Below are positions 20,556 to 32,800 of a stretch of 64,000 nucleotides of DNA, piece by piece. How positions within the stretch are numbered: the stretch's first letter is position 1; each line of letters opens with the position of its first letter. Origin of the DNA: Porphyridium purpureum (taxonomy: Eukaryota); the NCBI GenBank assembly GCA_008690995.1, contig VRMN01000022.1:1-64000 (forward strand). The letters run 5' to 3'. The position numbers and the translations under genes are program-made. The notes below the pieces were generated by a model. That model had not been told where the DNA came from. It saw only the letters and a list, made by a program, of their open reading frames with translations, and made no database searches.

Positions 20556-23384
20556 ATGGAGCGGCGGAGACTAAAGGGCGTCGCGGGAGGGTTGTACATC
20601 CCGCCACAGAGTGCGCGGTTGCGCTGGGACCGCGCGGACGCAGGCACGGTGCTGGGGAGTGGGTGTAGCGGCACAGTGTACCTGGGCGAGTTGGACGGCG
20701 AGCCAGTCGCATGCAAGAGCCTGCTGCCTGCGTTTGGCCGCTCGGCTCAGTTCGTGCGCGAGCTGCAGGTGTATTCCACGCTCAGGAACGGAAATGTCGT
20801 CCAGTGTCTGGGAATTACAGAGGCTTCAGCACCGGCGTCATCGGGATCTGGACAGCAGCAGCAGCAGCGTGAAGAACAGCATTCGCGTTCAATGTCGGAC
20901 CCTGCCGCGGACAACTCGCTCGACGACTCGGCGTTTGTCGAACAGCCAGTGCTTGTGCTAGAATACTGCGCAGGCGGAGCGCTGGAGGAATGCTTGTCCG
21001 ACTTGCGTGCAAACCACGGCTTTGTGGCATGCCACGCCGCTCACGCTGTGGCGCTAAACGTGGCGCGCGCAATTTTGTATGTCCACCAGTCCGGAATGAG
21101 CCACGGCGACCTGCGCGTGGGAAACGTGCTCTTGACCGAGCGTATCGACTCGCGTACGGGCGAGCTGCCCGTGTCCGGCCGTGCAAAGCTGTCTGATTTT
21201 GGGCTCGTGGCCATGGACACCGGTGGCGGCACAGCGGACGGCGGCGATTCGGCAGGAAGGCTGTTCACCGTACAGGACACAAGCATGTTTCACACGGCGT
21301 TGCGAGGTGGCGCCGGCAACAGGTTTTACCACCTTGCGCCTGAAAAGTTTGACGGCAGGGTGCGCGATGTGGCCGCCGCGCAACGGGCAGACATTTTCTC
21401 GTTTGGCGTCCTGTTGCACGAGCTCGTGACCGGCTCCAACCCTTACGCCAAGGAAGCCATGCCGACTGTGTACCAGAGCCTCTGTGTTCGCGCCGAGCGG
21501 CCTAGCTGGGAGCCTCGGTTCGGCACAGATGTGCGCTGGGAGCAGCGCACGTGCTCGCTGCTTATCAATCTCAGGCACCTGGCAGAAATGTGTTGGGCGC
21601 AGGACCCGAGCAAGCGACCCACTGCGCAGCAGATCGTTGATATGCTACGCGAAGCTCAGGCGACTCAGGTCAATCATAATCACGCATCCGCTGCCATGGC
21701 GAGTCAGGCTGCATACTCAGCGGCCGCCGCCCCCGGCATCGCGCCGTCCGACGACTTGGCGGCGGGATCGATGAATGTGCAAAGGCGTGCAAGTATTGTA
21801 GAGCCCTCGGCACCATCGCTTCAAGACCTGGAGAACGCACTCCCGTCCGTTCCTTTGGCGCCCGCACCAGCGCCTGCGTATCCGGGCATGGTCAGCAATG
21901 GAGCAGCCGTGCGTGCGGAAGAGCATGCGGATGATGAGCCGGCGTCATTTGCCGAGTATGTAAACGGCGGCGGCGGCATTCAGAGCGAGACTCTGCTTGA
22001 AGAGCGTGAGATCGAGAGGCAGATTGAGGATGCCATGCTGGACAACGCCTGGGAGCAGATTCTCATTCATATGCAGTTGCGTCCAAGCTCGCTTGCCGTG
22101 CAGAGAATGGGCTGCCAAGCGCTGGCGGCGGTATCGGTGGGGATGGACACGAGCGAGGACGCAGGAAGGCGCGAGAGTACGGCATTTGTAGAAAATGGTG
22201 GCGCACACACGGTGGTCGCGGCCGTCCTGCACCATGTGAACACTTCGCTGGAGCTTGTTGAATCGGCGCTGTGGACACTCCGCAATGTAGCGAGCAGCTG
22301 TGACGCCAAAGCGTTGCCCATCCTCGTCTCGCTGGACGTGACCGCGGTTGTGTGCCAGGTTCTGCAGCCTATTGTCGCAAAAATGACGCGCGGTTTTGAC
22401 GGAGCTGTGGACGCGAGCGAGCTGCGCCAGTGCGAAACCATCATCGAGCATGGCGCTAAAATTCTCAAGACCATCAGTGAGACCGCATCGTGCGCGGGCA
22501 TGGCTTGGGATCGGGCAACAGCCCTGGATCTGCTGACCCATTTCCTGCTGGCCAGCTCGGCCGAGAGCTCGCAAGTATATGGCCCGGTGATTGAGACGCT
22601 GGTCGCTCTGATTGACGGACGCCCGGACACAGCAAGGCACGCGCTCGAAAAGTGTACTGCGTATGTTCTTTTCGATCAGATGAGCGAGCTGAATCGGGCC
22701 AGTGGCGAGTGGCTTACGCGACTCAGCAACCCTGCCGCCGGCGGCGTTGACGACGAGGAGCGGCGCATGCTGGACGCGGCTCTGGAGCGTTCGTCCGACA
22801 TTTTGGCGTCAGGATTGCAGCTTTTCAAGGCCATGGCGGCTGATGCGCCTACCAAAACACAGGTGGTCCGGAGCGGCGCGTTGCGTGTGATCACTGACTC
22901 GGTCCAGAACTTTGAAAGCGATACGCACCTGGCAGAGAGTGCGTGCGGCGCGCTGTATCAATTTGTGAGTAACGGTGGCGCCGCCGAGAACGCAGATGTC
23001 CTGCAATCCTCTGGAGTGCGCAAGACGGTCGAGCACATGAAGCGTGTTCACGCGCAGTCTGAGGACGGTGCACTGATCTCTGCCTTGATCGACGAGATTG
23101 AGAATGAGCTGGACGCCTCGGCAGCCGACTCGTTCCGCGCGTCGCTACAGGGCGAAGCGGCCATGAGCAATAGCGTACATTCAACCTCAAACGCCCCGAC
23201 TGTGTTTCAGCAGCATCGGCCTACGAGCATGCCTGTGGGGCAATCGTCATTGCCTCCGCCGCGTCACATCCAGTCGAGCGGCGACATGAGTCCGCCAGAG
23301 CTGCAGCCGCTGCCGGTGCGCAGACGCTCTGCCGCGCGAGCGACGCGCCCCAATGCCAATACCAGTCGCATGCCACTGACGTGA
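20556..23384 (+). CDS. TKL-like protein kinase with C-terminal armadillo-like helical repeats
   Basis: LGSGCSGTVY, VACK, HGDLRVGNVLL, DFG, APE, DIFSFG. ARM-like segments (VQRMGCQAL, LVESALWTLRNV, LAESACGALY). ATG at 20556; the ORF opens at 20382. Confidence 0.88.
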   Translation: MERRRLKGVAGGLYIPPQSARLRWDRADAGTVLGSGCSGTVYLGELDGEPVACKSLLPAFGRSAQFVRELQVYSTLRNGNVVQCLGITEASAPASSGSGQQQQQREEQHSRSMSDPAADNSLDDSAFVEQPVLVLEYCAGGALEECLSDLRANHGFVACHAAHAVALNVARAILYVHQSGMSHGDLRVGNVLLTERIDSRTGELPVSGRAKLSDFGLVAMDTGGGTADGGDSAGRLFTVQDTSMFHTALRGGAGNRFYHLAPEKFDGRVRDVAAAQRADIFSFGVLLHELVTGSNPYAKEAMPTVYQSLCVRAERPSWEPRFGTDVRWEQRTCSLLINLRHLAEMCWAQDPSKRPTAQQIVDMLREAQATQVNHNHASAAMASQAAYSAAAAPGIAPSDDLAAGSMNVQRRASIVEPSAPSLQDLENALPSVPLAPAPAPAYPGMVSNGAAVRAEEHADDEPASFAEYVNGGGGIQSETLLEEREIERQIEDAMLDNAWEQILIHMQLRPSSLAVQRMGCQALAAVSVGMDTSEDAGRRESTAFVENGGAHTVVAAVLHHVNTSLELVESALWTLRNVASSCDAKALPILVSLDVTAVVCQVLQPIVAKMTRGFDGAVDASELRQCETIIEHGAKILKTISETASCAGMAWDRATALDLLTHFLLASSAESSQVYGPVIETLVALIDGRPDTARHALEKCTAYVLFDQMSELNRASGEWLTRLSNPAAGGVDDEERRMLDAALERSSDILASGLQLFKAMAADAPTKTQVVRSGALRVITDSVQNFESDTHLAESACGALYQFVSNGGAAENADVLQSSGVRKTVEHMKRVHAQSEDGALISALIDEIENELDASAADSFRASLQGEAAMSNSVHSTSNAPTVFQQHRPTSMPVGQSSLPPPRHIQSSGDMSPPELQPLPVRRRSAARATRPNANTSRMPLT

Positions 23385-23442
23385 ATAGTAGTTGATAAAT
23401 CGTTTACTGCCGACGAGGGAGGATGAAAGAAGGAAGAGCAGA

Positions 23443-24516
23443 ATGTCATTGTTTGGCACCCAATTGGAGCGCGAAATCCGCAAGCGCCGGCATGCCTCGT
23501 CGGGTGCCTCGCTACTTGGTGCCGCGGCTCCACGAGAAAGGAAAACATGGCAGCGTCGTGGCGAACTTTTACAGGCGCGATATGCCGACGTTTTACCGCG
23601 CTCGTCCACCGCTGAAGGTGCATGCAGGACGCCACCACCAAGTGAGCACCTCGTTACCGTGCCAATGCCAGCGGGCATGGACACAGGAACTGGCACAGAG
23701 CCGGTGGGAACTCAGATGCCACCGAGAGAGGATGTTGTACGGCGACTGTCCGAAACGAATGAGCCGGTGATCGCGTACGACGAGAGCGAGCGGGATAACT
23801 TTATTCGTCTGTGCGGCCTAGAGGCCCAAGCCCGCAGCCAAGATTTGGAATACGGACAGAGGCGCGCCGCCAAGGAAAGAGCAGAAGCCATAGCAGCAGA
23901 AGAAGAAGTCAAAATAGAGCAGCAAGGCACCGATTCAAAGCCAACTATGCCGCGCGAAAGCACTGGCCAAAAACGCGTGCAGGACATCCCAGTGGAACCG
24001 CAGGACATCATTGAGCCTCGAATGAATCGCGAGACGTTTGTTCTGGCGTGGATGCACAAGTTGCTCTCCTTGTGGGTGGCAGACATACGTGACCATGCCG
24101 CTCCGACCGCAACGTCCGCACCATCAAAAGTCAGCTACAAGGAACGCCAAGCACACGATACGCTCGTCCAGACACGCGAGTACCTCGAACCGTTCATAAA
24201 GCGGCTGGAAGCGCGCAAGCTTGCCGAAAGTATGCTCGAGTTTCTGTTCCGCATCTTTGAGCAGGTACAGCAACGCGAATACGTGCAGGCAAACGACGTT
24301 TATCTGCGCCTGGCGATTGGCAACGCGCCGTGGCCGGTCGGCGCCACGCAGGTGGGCATCCACTCGCGTGCGGCGCGAGAAAAGATTGGCGAGGAAAACG
24401 TAGCGCACGTCATGAACGATGAGCAGACGCGGAAATTTGTACAGGCTGTGAAACGGCTCATCACGCGAGCGCAGAAGTACTTTCCGACCGTGCCAAGCAA
24501 GATGGTACAAGGATGA
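23443..24516 (+). CDS. PRP18: Pre-mRNA splicing factor Prp18
   Basis: PRP4/SFM-like motif VVRRLSETNEPVI and Prp18 signature YLRLAIGNAPWPVGATQVGIHSR..REKI..HVMNDEQTRKFVQAVKRLIT. Confidence 0.95.
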   Translation: MSLFGTQLEREIRKRRHASSGASLLGAAAPRERKTWQRRGELLQARYADVLPRSSTAEGACRTPPPSEHLVTVPMPAGMDTGTGTEPVGTQMPPREDVVRRLSETNEPVIAYDESERDNFIRLCGLEAQARSQDLEYGQRRAAKERAEAIAAEEEVKIEQQGTDSKPTMPRESTGQKRVQDIPVEPQDIIEPRMNRETFVLAWMHKLLSLWVADIRDHAAPTATSAPSKVSYKERQAHDTLVQTREYLEPFIKRLEARKLAESMLEFLFRIFEQVQQREYVQANDVYLRLAIGNAPWPVGATQVGIHSRAAREKIGEENVAHVMNDEQTRKFVQAVKRLITRAQKYFPTVPSKMVQG

Positions 24517-24571
24517 GCCGCGCGCGGCCGACCTTTTACTCCCCTTTCGCTCGAGTTGATTTCGGTGTGTT

Positions 24572-25030
24572 TTATAAATCGGTACGGCAAGTGCGCATGA
24601 TGGCCACTTCCGAGTGCACGCGATTCAATTCCATCATAACGTCGCGCAAGTGTGCGTCAAGCTCAACATTTTCGGCCTTGAGGCGTTCCAGACGACGTAA
24701 AAGATCCTCATCATTCCACTGTTTCATCCGCTCCGCACGTCCGCGCCTCTCCACATCCTCCTTGGCACTCACCGCCGCATGCACGCTATTCCTTAGTCTT
24801 TCCATTTTGAGCGGCAGCTCATGGCCCAGCGGCGCCGGCTCCGCACCGGCTGCGACGACAGGGTTGGCACCCGTCTGTCCTACAGCAGGACCGGCACCAT
24901 CCTGTGTCCCCGCACCGCGCGCAGCCGATTCCGCAAGCACTCGCTTCAACTCTTCCACCAAGTGCGCGAGGTCGCCGCGCGCATTGCGCACCGCTTCAGC
25001 CAGCCGCTCCTCACTGCTGCCGCTCTCCAT
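24572..25030 (-). CDS. Hypothetical small coiled-coil protein
   Basis: 152-aa ATG ORF with heptad-like L/E/R-rich segments (LLRRLERLKAENVELDAHLRDVMMEL). No family recognised. Confidence 0.55.
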   Translation of the reverse strand: MESGSSEERLAEAVRNARGDLAHLVEELKRVLAESAARGAGTQDGAGPAVGQTGANPVVAAGAEPAPLGHELPLKMERLRNSVHAAVSAKEDVERRGRAERMKQWNDEDLLRRLERLKAENVELDAHLRDVMMELNRVHSEVAIMRTCRTDL

Positions 25031-28000
25031 CCCGCAATGACACTCCCGCCTGCCCGTTCAGGCACCAAGCTTGGCGCGCTAAACTGCAGTCGACGAATGT
25101 TTACCTGGGCAGCTGTGCCGGCTGTGCAGGACGTGCAGGACGTCATGGCGGCTGCCTGAGAGTATGATATTCGCGCCGTGGCTTACGAAGTGGTAGCGAA
25201 CCCAATGTATGGTAGCGCACGGGTGGAGTCGTACGCATTGTTGTTAACGACTGAGGGTGGCGGCGAGCCCAAGACGGGCTTTCCAAACTGCATTGGCGTC
25301 TTTGTGGTCGCCTCTCGGCCACGCCGACCATGACAAAGGGGACGACGGCAAATGAGAAACGGACTCTACTAAGCGCTACGCTACTTTCATCAGAGTCGGG
25401 GGCACAATGCAGCACAGCGACTTCCAAGACTAAAGATGAAGATTCGACGCTCTTGGTGAGCGCGTCCACCAGCGATGCAATTGGAACCCGTGAATCCGCA
25501 GCGCAGCGAATAGATAACGCATCCGTACCGGCAGTGCGCACCGCCAACGCAGACACCGAAGAAAAACAGTCTGTATGCCAGTGCAGATAGGAGCTCAACG
25601 ACATGCCCATCACAATACGCCACGATGATGATCAAGAGCAGGACATTATGCTTGTCGTCGTCTTCAGGCGCAAGTGTTGGACGCTGTATACGCTGGACCG
25701 GGCAGGCGCTCTGTTCAGATCAGGCTTTTTGTGTCTGTCTCTAGGCGACGAAGGGGAAAAGCGGTTGCGCGAGTAGAAATGTGCCCCGCATGGCGTGCGG
25801 CCTGGTCCAGCCTAAGTGCGACCAGGTTATGACAGGCTTGAAGACCAGAGGCTCGATTTTGTCGGTAGCTGCTGACAAATGTACCAGCGCGATGGGCATG
25901 CGCTCCAAAGCCAGGGATAAGGGGAAAAAAACTGAACCCATTTGAACGCCAAACGTAGGTTTTCGTCGCGACGCTCTCAAAGCATGTGCGTCTCGTGGAA
26001 CGCTTTTGCGGCACAGTGGAGCACTCGCTGGCCGTGAGTGATGCGGGTAGGCCGGCAATTCAGATGGATGTGAGGAATGGCAAAGAGCGGCTTGTGTGCT
26101 ACACAAAGCAAGGAAGTAGGAGACGGGTCTCAGTTTCGTTTACCTCTCTCATGCTGCATCTAGACCGCACTGATTTTCGGCAGGGACTCGCGGCCTCCGT
26201 GAATAGGCTGAATTCAGACTTGAATGTCAGGCTGAGATAGACAGTGCGGTGCTACCGATTTCGCCCAACGCAAACTGGCGTCCGGGTGCCTTGTCAAAGT
26301 TTCGTCGGAAATGGGCAGATATCTGTCTGTGTGGCGCTACATATATGTCAAGGACTGTTTTACGATGCTGTGCAATCACAAGGTGCTGAAATTGCCGCTC
26401 ACCGCCGTTGAGCTGAACAGTGAATGGGACTTGGTGTTCATTGGCAGTGCCGAAGGCTCGGCGGGAGATTTTTTTTTCGCTTCGGTTTTTCATTGAGCTG
26501 CCCGGCGCAGCTGAATAGGGGTCGCAGCATGCGAGCACAGAGCAAGTACAACATGCACACATTGTGCCGGCATGGCAGTCCAGAATATGTGGGAGCTGCT
26601 CGTCTACTAGGACAGTGCCAGCATCTCCCGCTTCACCGATTGCCTATATCGACCGGCTGCTTTGTGTTCATTCACACACTTCTCGTGACCGTTTCTCCAG
26701 ACTCGGTGCTCTGGATGCTTGACCTGTCCAAGGCTGGCCCAGGAAGGGGACAAATTTGGGTTGCGGTCGTATCGGCCAATTCACCGCTGGTCGCCATCTT
26801 AATTGGCTTGCTACGATCTAAGCATGCATATTGATTGTCAGAGAAGAAGACTTCGCTCATGCGTTCAGATTCGTTTTATCTCTTTTCTTTGCTCCTTTAA
26901 GATCGACGGCTGCCGGCACGACCCATCTTAACGGCCAGGTTAAGCGAGCTTTCATGGCCGCGCGCTGTAATCGGTAGATCAAACGCGCGTTGAAGTCCGC
27001 AGCCTCCTGCTGCTTTCAAAGCGCGTGCTGCACTGAGGTTTGAGGAAGAATCGACGCCTTGCCGCACACCTGCAAAAAGCATGCTTGGTGGTCGCCACGG
27101 ACTTGTAGCGGCCTGCTTGTGACTGGCTTCATTTTCGCAACAAATACCTTGGCGTCTTGGTTAATCTGGACTGGCCTGTGCGCGTCCCTTTTCTGCACGT
27201 CGCTGGCCACGTAATATCACCTACTGGGAGTCCACTCACACTTGTTCCCGTGAATGGAACTGTCTTCTGGCTCATGACCTGACTTGCGCGGCACTTCCCA
27301 CAGTTGAATGAATCTGAGCGCCGTATCCCCGCTCACATTACGCTCCGAATGCACCACAGCCGTAACCGCACTCAAATCCTGCATCGTATTTGGCCTGAGC
27401 GTCTTTAAGGTGCCCATAGAATCTTGGTGCTTAAACTCACCATCCACGACAGGCGTATAAATCTCCACGTTGCGGTGCGGAAGGTTGCCAAACCCGCAAG
27501 TAGGCTGGGTGAGATCGCCTTCCGTCAACCTGGGCATGCCAAAACTGCTTTTCGACCGGCTCGTGTGTTTGGCAGATAAAAAGAGAACCTGCTTTGCACC
27601 CAGTTGGCGCTAGTCCACTATGAGTTTCTGGCCATCTTCTCATAGGCAGGATAACCAAAATGCAAAGGGCTTGGTTCAGTTACAAAGCGCGTGCCCTCGT
27701 GCACATACCACCCGGTACCTTGCATCATCGTGCCAGTCCGGTTATTGCGCATCTTACATCGCGCCGGCTGGGAACAGAACGCGGAAACGCGTCACGGAGG
27801 GCGTCGTCGAGCAAAATTTCGCGCTGCTCTCGCCAATTCAGTCGCCAGCAGTGCGTAGACGTAACACCACTGGAGCTTACAGAGATGGCCTGCTTTCGCT
27901 GACACCACGTAGGCACAAGTCGCGTTGCCACCACCACGGCCGTCACGAACATTAACTATCATCGGGTGTAAAATACCTCCTCAGCTCTTGTGTCACGTCC

Positions 28001-28629
28001 CACGCAAGCGAACGTGAAGCATACGACATGGCACGGTGCTTGGATTATCATTTTTGTCCTTCACCGCCAATCAAACACGTGCGCAGATCATTCAATGTCT
28101 CTCTCCCTCTTCCAATTCTGTCGCAGCCGGCTGAACGACCAACGCCACCTTCAACAAATTATCGGTTTATCGGCTTCTCCATAACGCGCGTATCGGTTAC
28201 TCTTAAAATCTGAGTTCCTCGGTGTGAGTGAAAGTGTGAAAGAACCATGAGCCAGAGTTTCCAGAAATAGCACATGCCGCGTTGACTCTTACATGTTGTT
28301 GCCGCCAACCGGCGGACTCTTGGTTGAACCTTTCCTTTTGTAGTGGTATTGCAACACCACCACCGGACACACTATCTTCCAACTCTCTCGCTCCGAACAA
28401 ACGGCCTTTCCTTTGTTAGAATGCGTATCTCGTTTTATGCTGGACGTCTACCTTCGTTGCTACGCTCTCCTTAAGAAGAGGCCGATGAGACCTAGAAAAA
28501 ATGCCGCAGAGGAATATAGCCCCTTTCTCTCACCTCCCAACCCCCGCCTACATCACCTCCCGATTGCATTTTGAAAACCCCCTTCCCACTTCACTCGTTT
28601 CCTCTTTACCAGTGGTCGTTTCAAGTATT

Positions 28630-28941
28630 TGTCGTCGTGACTACTCACTGCACACGTGCGCTTTCAGTCATGTCTCACGACTGCCTGTTGTTTTAAGTTC
28701 CCGTCTCCAATATAAATAGCGCGGCCCATGCCTCGGGGGGCCGCGCAGGAGGAGAAGGTAAGATAAGAATTAGTAAAGCGTGCGAGAGAAATCTTACGGT
28801 AAAGTTCAAAGTGCGAAAGAGGGACTACCCGAAACGCGCAGGAACACCACGGAGCCCATGACCAGACGGTCCTCGGCCCCGTAGTTTCACTCCCACGCCC
28901 TTGAAGATATCTTCCGGGACGCAATCCCGAATTTTGCGACA
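28630..28941 (+). mobile_element. Solo LTR related to the Copia family at 8720-14367
   Basis: TGTCG...CGACA termini, 312 bp, TATAAATA at 28711. Its 3' end CTTCCGGGACGCAATCCCGAATTTTGCGACA resembles the Copia LTR end CTTCCGGGACGCAACCCGTGATTTTTGCGACA. Flanks GTATT/GAATT (TSD with 1 mismatch). Confidence 0.7.
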
Positions 28942-29405
28942 GAATTAAGAGACTGTGTGATGAATTCGAAGAACGTTCCTTTCGAGACGCCGGCCGCCTT
29001 CCAGCAAATTATGAAGTAAGAGTTTCACGAAAGGACGAAAGTTAAATGCTGTGGGGATTTTTGCATGCGCGCCCGAGGGGTCGCTACGTGTTGGTGAGCG
29101 GTCGCGGCACGGGCGCCAGGTACCGACCACTTGCAGCAAGCGCGAACATTAAAGGTGGTATCAGTGGAGTATTCTGGTGTAAAGTAGAAGCGGAAGAGCG
29201 GGATGGAAGTAAAACAAAAGGGATAAAATTGACAGGATAAAAGAGTTTGGTGCTGAAGCTCATCGCTCTCAAACTTCTGTCGTGATCAGAGTTTAGGACG
29301 GGACAAACGAGCCATCGCGATCGCTCTTTCGCCCAGCAGCTACCAATAATTACAACAGGCTGTCAGATTCCGCAACAATCCTAGTCTATTTCGGTACGGC
29401 CCGGA

Positions 29406-29694
29406 TGTTACCAATGCTGTGCCTTTTTCTCTCTCTCTTCTTCTTCTTTTTCCGAGCAAGACCTGACCGGCTAGTCCGGGCAGGCGCGTCGCCTTTTTAT
29501 ACCCTTACTTCCGCTAGGGACAGCAAGGCGCCAAGAGAAATGACAATGCAAATCATTGGCATTTCTGCGCGCGTCTAGAAGGTTCTGGAACCTCTAGAAG
29601 CTTCTAGAAACGGTTCAACGGTCTACCGGTTTAACGGCTTACCGGTTTTGGATTAACCGAACCGTTCTAGGTGACTGGGGTCGAACGGATAACA
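29406..29694 (-). repeat. Gypsy 3' LTR
   Basis: TGTTA...TAACA, direct repeat of 34563-34851, PPT adjacent at 29695-29708. Confidence 0.95.
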
Positions 29695-29813
29695 TCTCCC
29701 CCCCTCTTGACTCGACGTCTCGGCGAGACTCCAAACTAAGTTGCATTCTTGGCTCGAGGAACCCGCGCTCCGGGAGAAAACCTCTGCCTAGCAAACTTCT
29801 CACAGTACCCAAG

Positions 29814-32800
29814 TCATTCAGAGTCAGACTCTTCGATAATTTTCAACAAGTCGGGCTCAGAATCGGACGCCGGCATTTCGTCGGGTACTTCTTCATCATT
29901 TTCCCCTGCCATGTATTCTTCGCGTCCATAGTATGGCCTCAGATGCTGGATCGGAAAAACATCATGACAAGCCACACCCTCGGGCAAAATCACTCGGTAA
30001 GCATGCGAGCTTACCTTCTCAATGACAGGCACCGGACCAAGAAACTTTGGTGCCGCCAAATCACTCTTGTTCGGCCGCATTTGCGGCGCCGTGACCAACA
30101 CTTGATCACCAACTTGAAACTCCCGGGCATCCTTGCGTCGATCGAAGAACTTCTGCATTCTCCCTTGGGCTTCGATCAAATTGTCGCGGACTTCTTCATG
30201 GACTTTGCACAGGCGAAACCAGTGCTCCGCCATGTCCTTCGTCTGTCCGTCACGCGCAGGCGTCCACCCTTCACTCGGTGGAAACCGAGGATCCCTTCCA
30301 TATACCACTTTGAACGGCGCGAATCCAGTGGCACTGCTTGGTGCAGAGTTGTACGCAAACTCATACAACGGCAAGTCTCGCACCCAGCCACTATTCGTCG
30401 CCATCAACTTGAGCATTTCCCGAATCACGCGGTTCACTCGCTCAGTTTGGCCATCTGTCTGCGGGTGGTTGGCGGTAGACATAGCCAACTTCATACCCAC
30501 CCGCTTGCTCAACTGCTGCCAAAACGTGGACGTAAACAGCGGATCTCGGTCCGATACAATTGACTTGGGGTATCCGAAACGGCTCACGACGTGCTTCACG
30601 AACAAGTCAGCACAACGTTTTGCTGTCAAGTCCTTGCGCGTCGGGATAAACAGCGCCATCTTCGAATATCGATCCACCACAGTCATGATTGCATCACAGC
30701 TGCCTTCGCTCCGAGGCAGCTCCGTCACGAAGTCCATCGAGATGTCGACCCAAGGTCCTTCTGGGATCGACAAGGGCTTCAGCTTTCCAAACGACCGATT
30801 CTCTGACTTTGTCACTTGGCATGCGTGACAAGTCTTCACAAAACGGCTCACGTCTCGCTTCATCTTTGGCCAGTAGAAGCGAGTCATCAAAGACGCATGA
30901 GTTGTGTCCGCTCCACGGTGCCCTGCTGTCGGGATATCGTGGTGGAGTTGCATGACACGCTCTCTGAACTTCCTCGGCACGCAAACGCGATTCCTCAAGT
31001 ACAAGAGCCCAGCTTCGGTTCGAAAACCCTGGTGGGTCGGTAAATCTCCCATCAAAGTACCAAAGTCTGGGTCACTCGAGTACGAACCCACGAATGCCTG
31101 GAAACCCGTACCAAATTCATCACACCGAACTTGGTACTCTAGCGCGTGCAACTCCGGCTTCCTCGACAAAGCATCGGCTACCACGTTCGACTTTCCCTTC
31201 ACATAGTCGATTGTGATATCAAACTCGGCCAAAAAGTCCAACCACCGTGCTTGCCGGCCATTCAGCTCCTTCTGCGTCATCAAATGTTTCAACGCCTCAT
31301 GATCTGTGTGAAGCACAAACTTTGCCCCGTACAGATAAGGTCGAAACTCTCGCAGACAGTGAATGACGGCCATGAGCTCACCTTCATAGCTGCTGTACCT
31401 GGTCTCTCGGTCCAGCAGCTTCCTCGACGTAAACGCGACCGGTCTGCCTTCCTGTGCCAGCCATCCCCCACCGCGACTTCAGAGCGGTCCGTGTACACCT
31501 CAAATGGCTTTTCAGGGTCTGGCAAGGCCAACACCGGCGCTTCCGTCAACATCCCGACAATCTTCTTGAAGGCCGACTTGCCTTCATCTCCCAGTTCGAT
31601 CAGCTGCTTCTTCGACTTTGCGTTCTGCAACAGCGAAGTCAGCGGCGCCACGACGGTAGAGTATCCTTTGACAAACCTGCGAAACCAGTTTGTCATTCCC
31701 AAAAAGGATCTCAACTCCGTCACCGTCTTTGGCACTGGCCAATCTCTCAAAGCTTCCACCTTCCGTGGATCCATCTTCACGCAACCGTTGCCGACAATGT
31801 TCCCCAGGTATTCGACTTCAGAAACGAAAAAGCTGCACTTCTTGCGCTTCAAACGATACCCTGCCTTTTGCAAGCGCGACAACACTTCCTTCAGGACCTC
31901 GCCGTGCGACTGCCTATCCTTGGTAAAGACCAAAATATCGTCCAAGTAGACAATGACGGTCTTGTCCAGCAGATCTGCAAACAGCTCGTTCATGGCCCTC
32001 TGAAAAGTTGCCGGCGCGTTGCAAAGACCAAACGGCATCACACGGAACTCGAACTGTCCGTACCTGGTCTGGAACGCGGTCTTCGGCACGTCCTCTCTCC
32101 GAACACGCAACTGGTGGTATCCCGATGCCAAATCCAACTTTGAGAAACAGTGAGCTGCGCCCAGTCGATCCAGCAACTCATCCATGTTCGGCAACGGATA
32201 CCGGTCCTTCACAGTTGCGTCGTTCAACGCCCGATAATCAACGCACATCCTCATGCTGCCGTCTTTCTTCTTCACGAACAGCACGGGTGCTCCAAACGGG
32301 CTCTGACTCGGCTGGACGAATCCTTTGTCCAGCAAGTCATCCAAAGTCTCTCGGAGGACTTTCAACTCCGCAGGGCTCAGTCGGTAGACCCTGCCCACTC
32401 TCACAGGCTTCTCATCTTTCAGCCTAATCACATGCTCCACTGTTCGGCTCTCAGGCAGCCCACGTGGCTCCTCGAACAGATTTTCGAAATCCTTGAGCAT
32501 CTTTCTCACAGAGTCAGCTTCTTTGCGCTCCACTGAACAGGGCTTCTCCCTTCCTTTCAGCACGCCGAGGTAGCACTCTTCTACCTCCTGACTCTTCAAC
32601 AGCCGACGGAGCTCTTTCCGTGGCACCAGCATCTGCGTCATGCTCCAGGCCTTTTTCTCTCCGTAGGCCAACATGCCAGACTGCCAATCAATCACTGGGT
32701 TCTCCCGCTTCAGCCACTCCATGCCCAAGATTGCGTCTTGTCCCGCAATCCGGCAAATGGCAAAGGTAGCGGTCCCTGAGTACCCATCGCTCAGTTCAAA

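Noticed and set aside
25100..28600. Scattered 60-150 aa ORFs
   Set aside because: No recognisable motifs; cannot support a gene or TE call.
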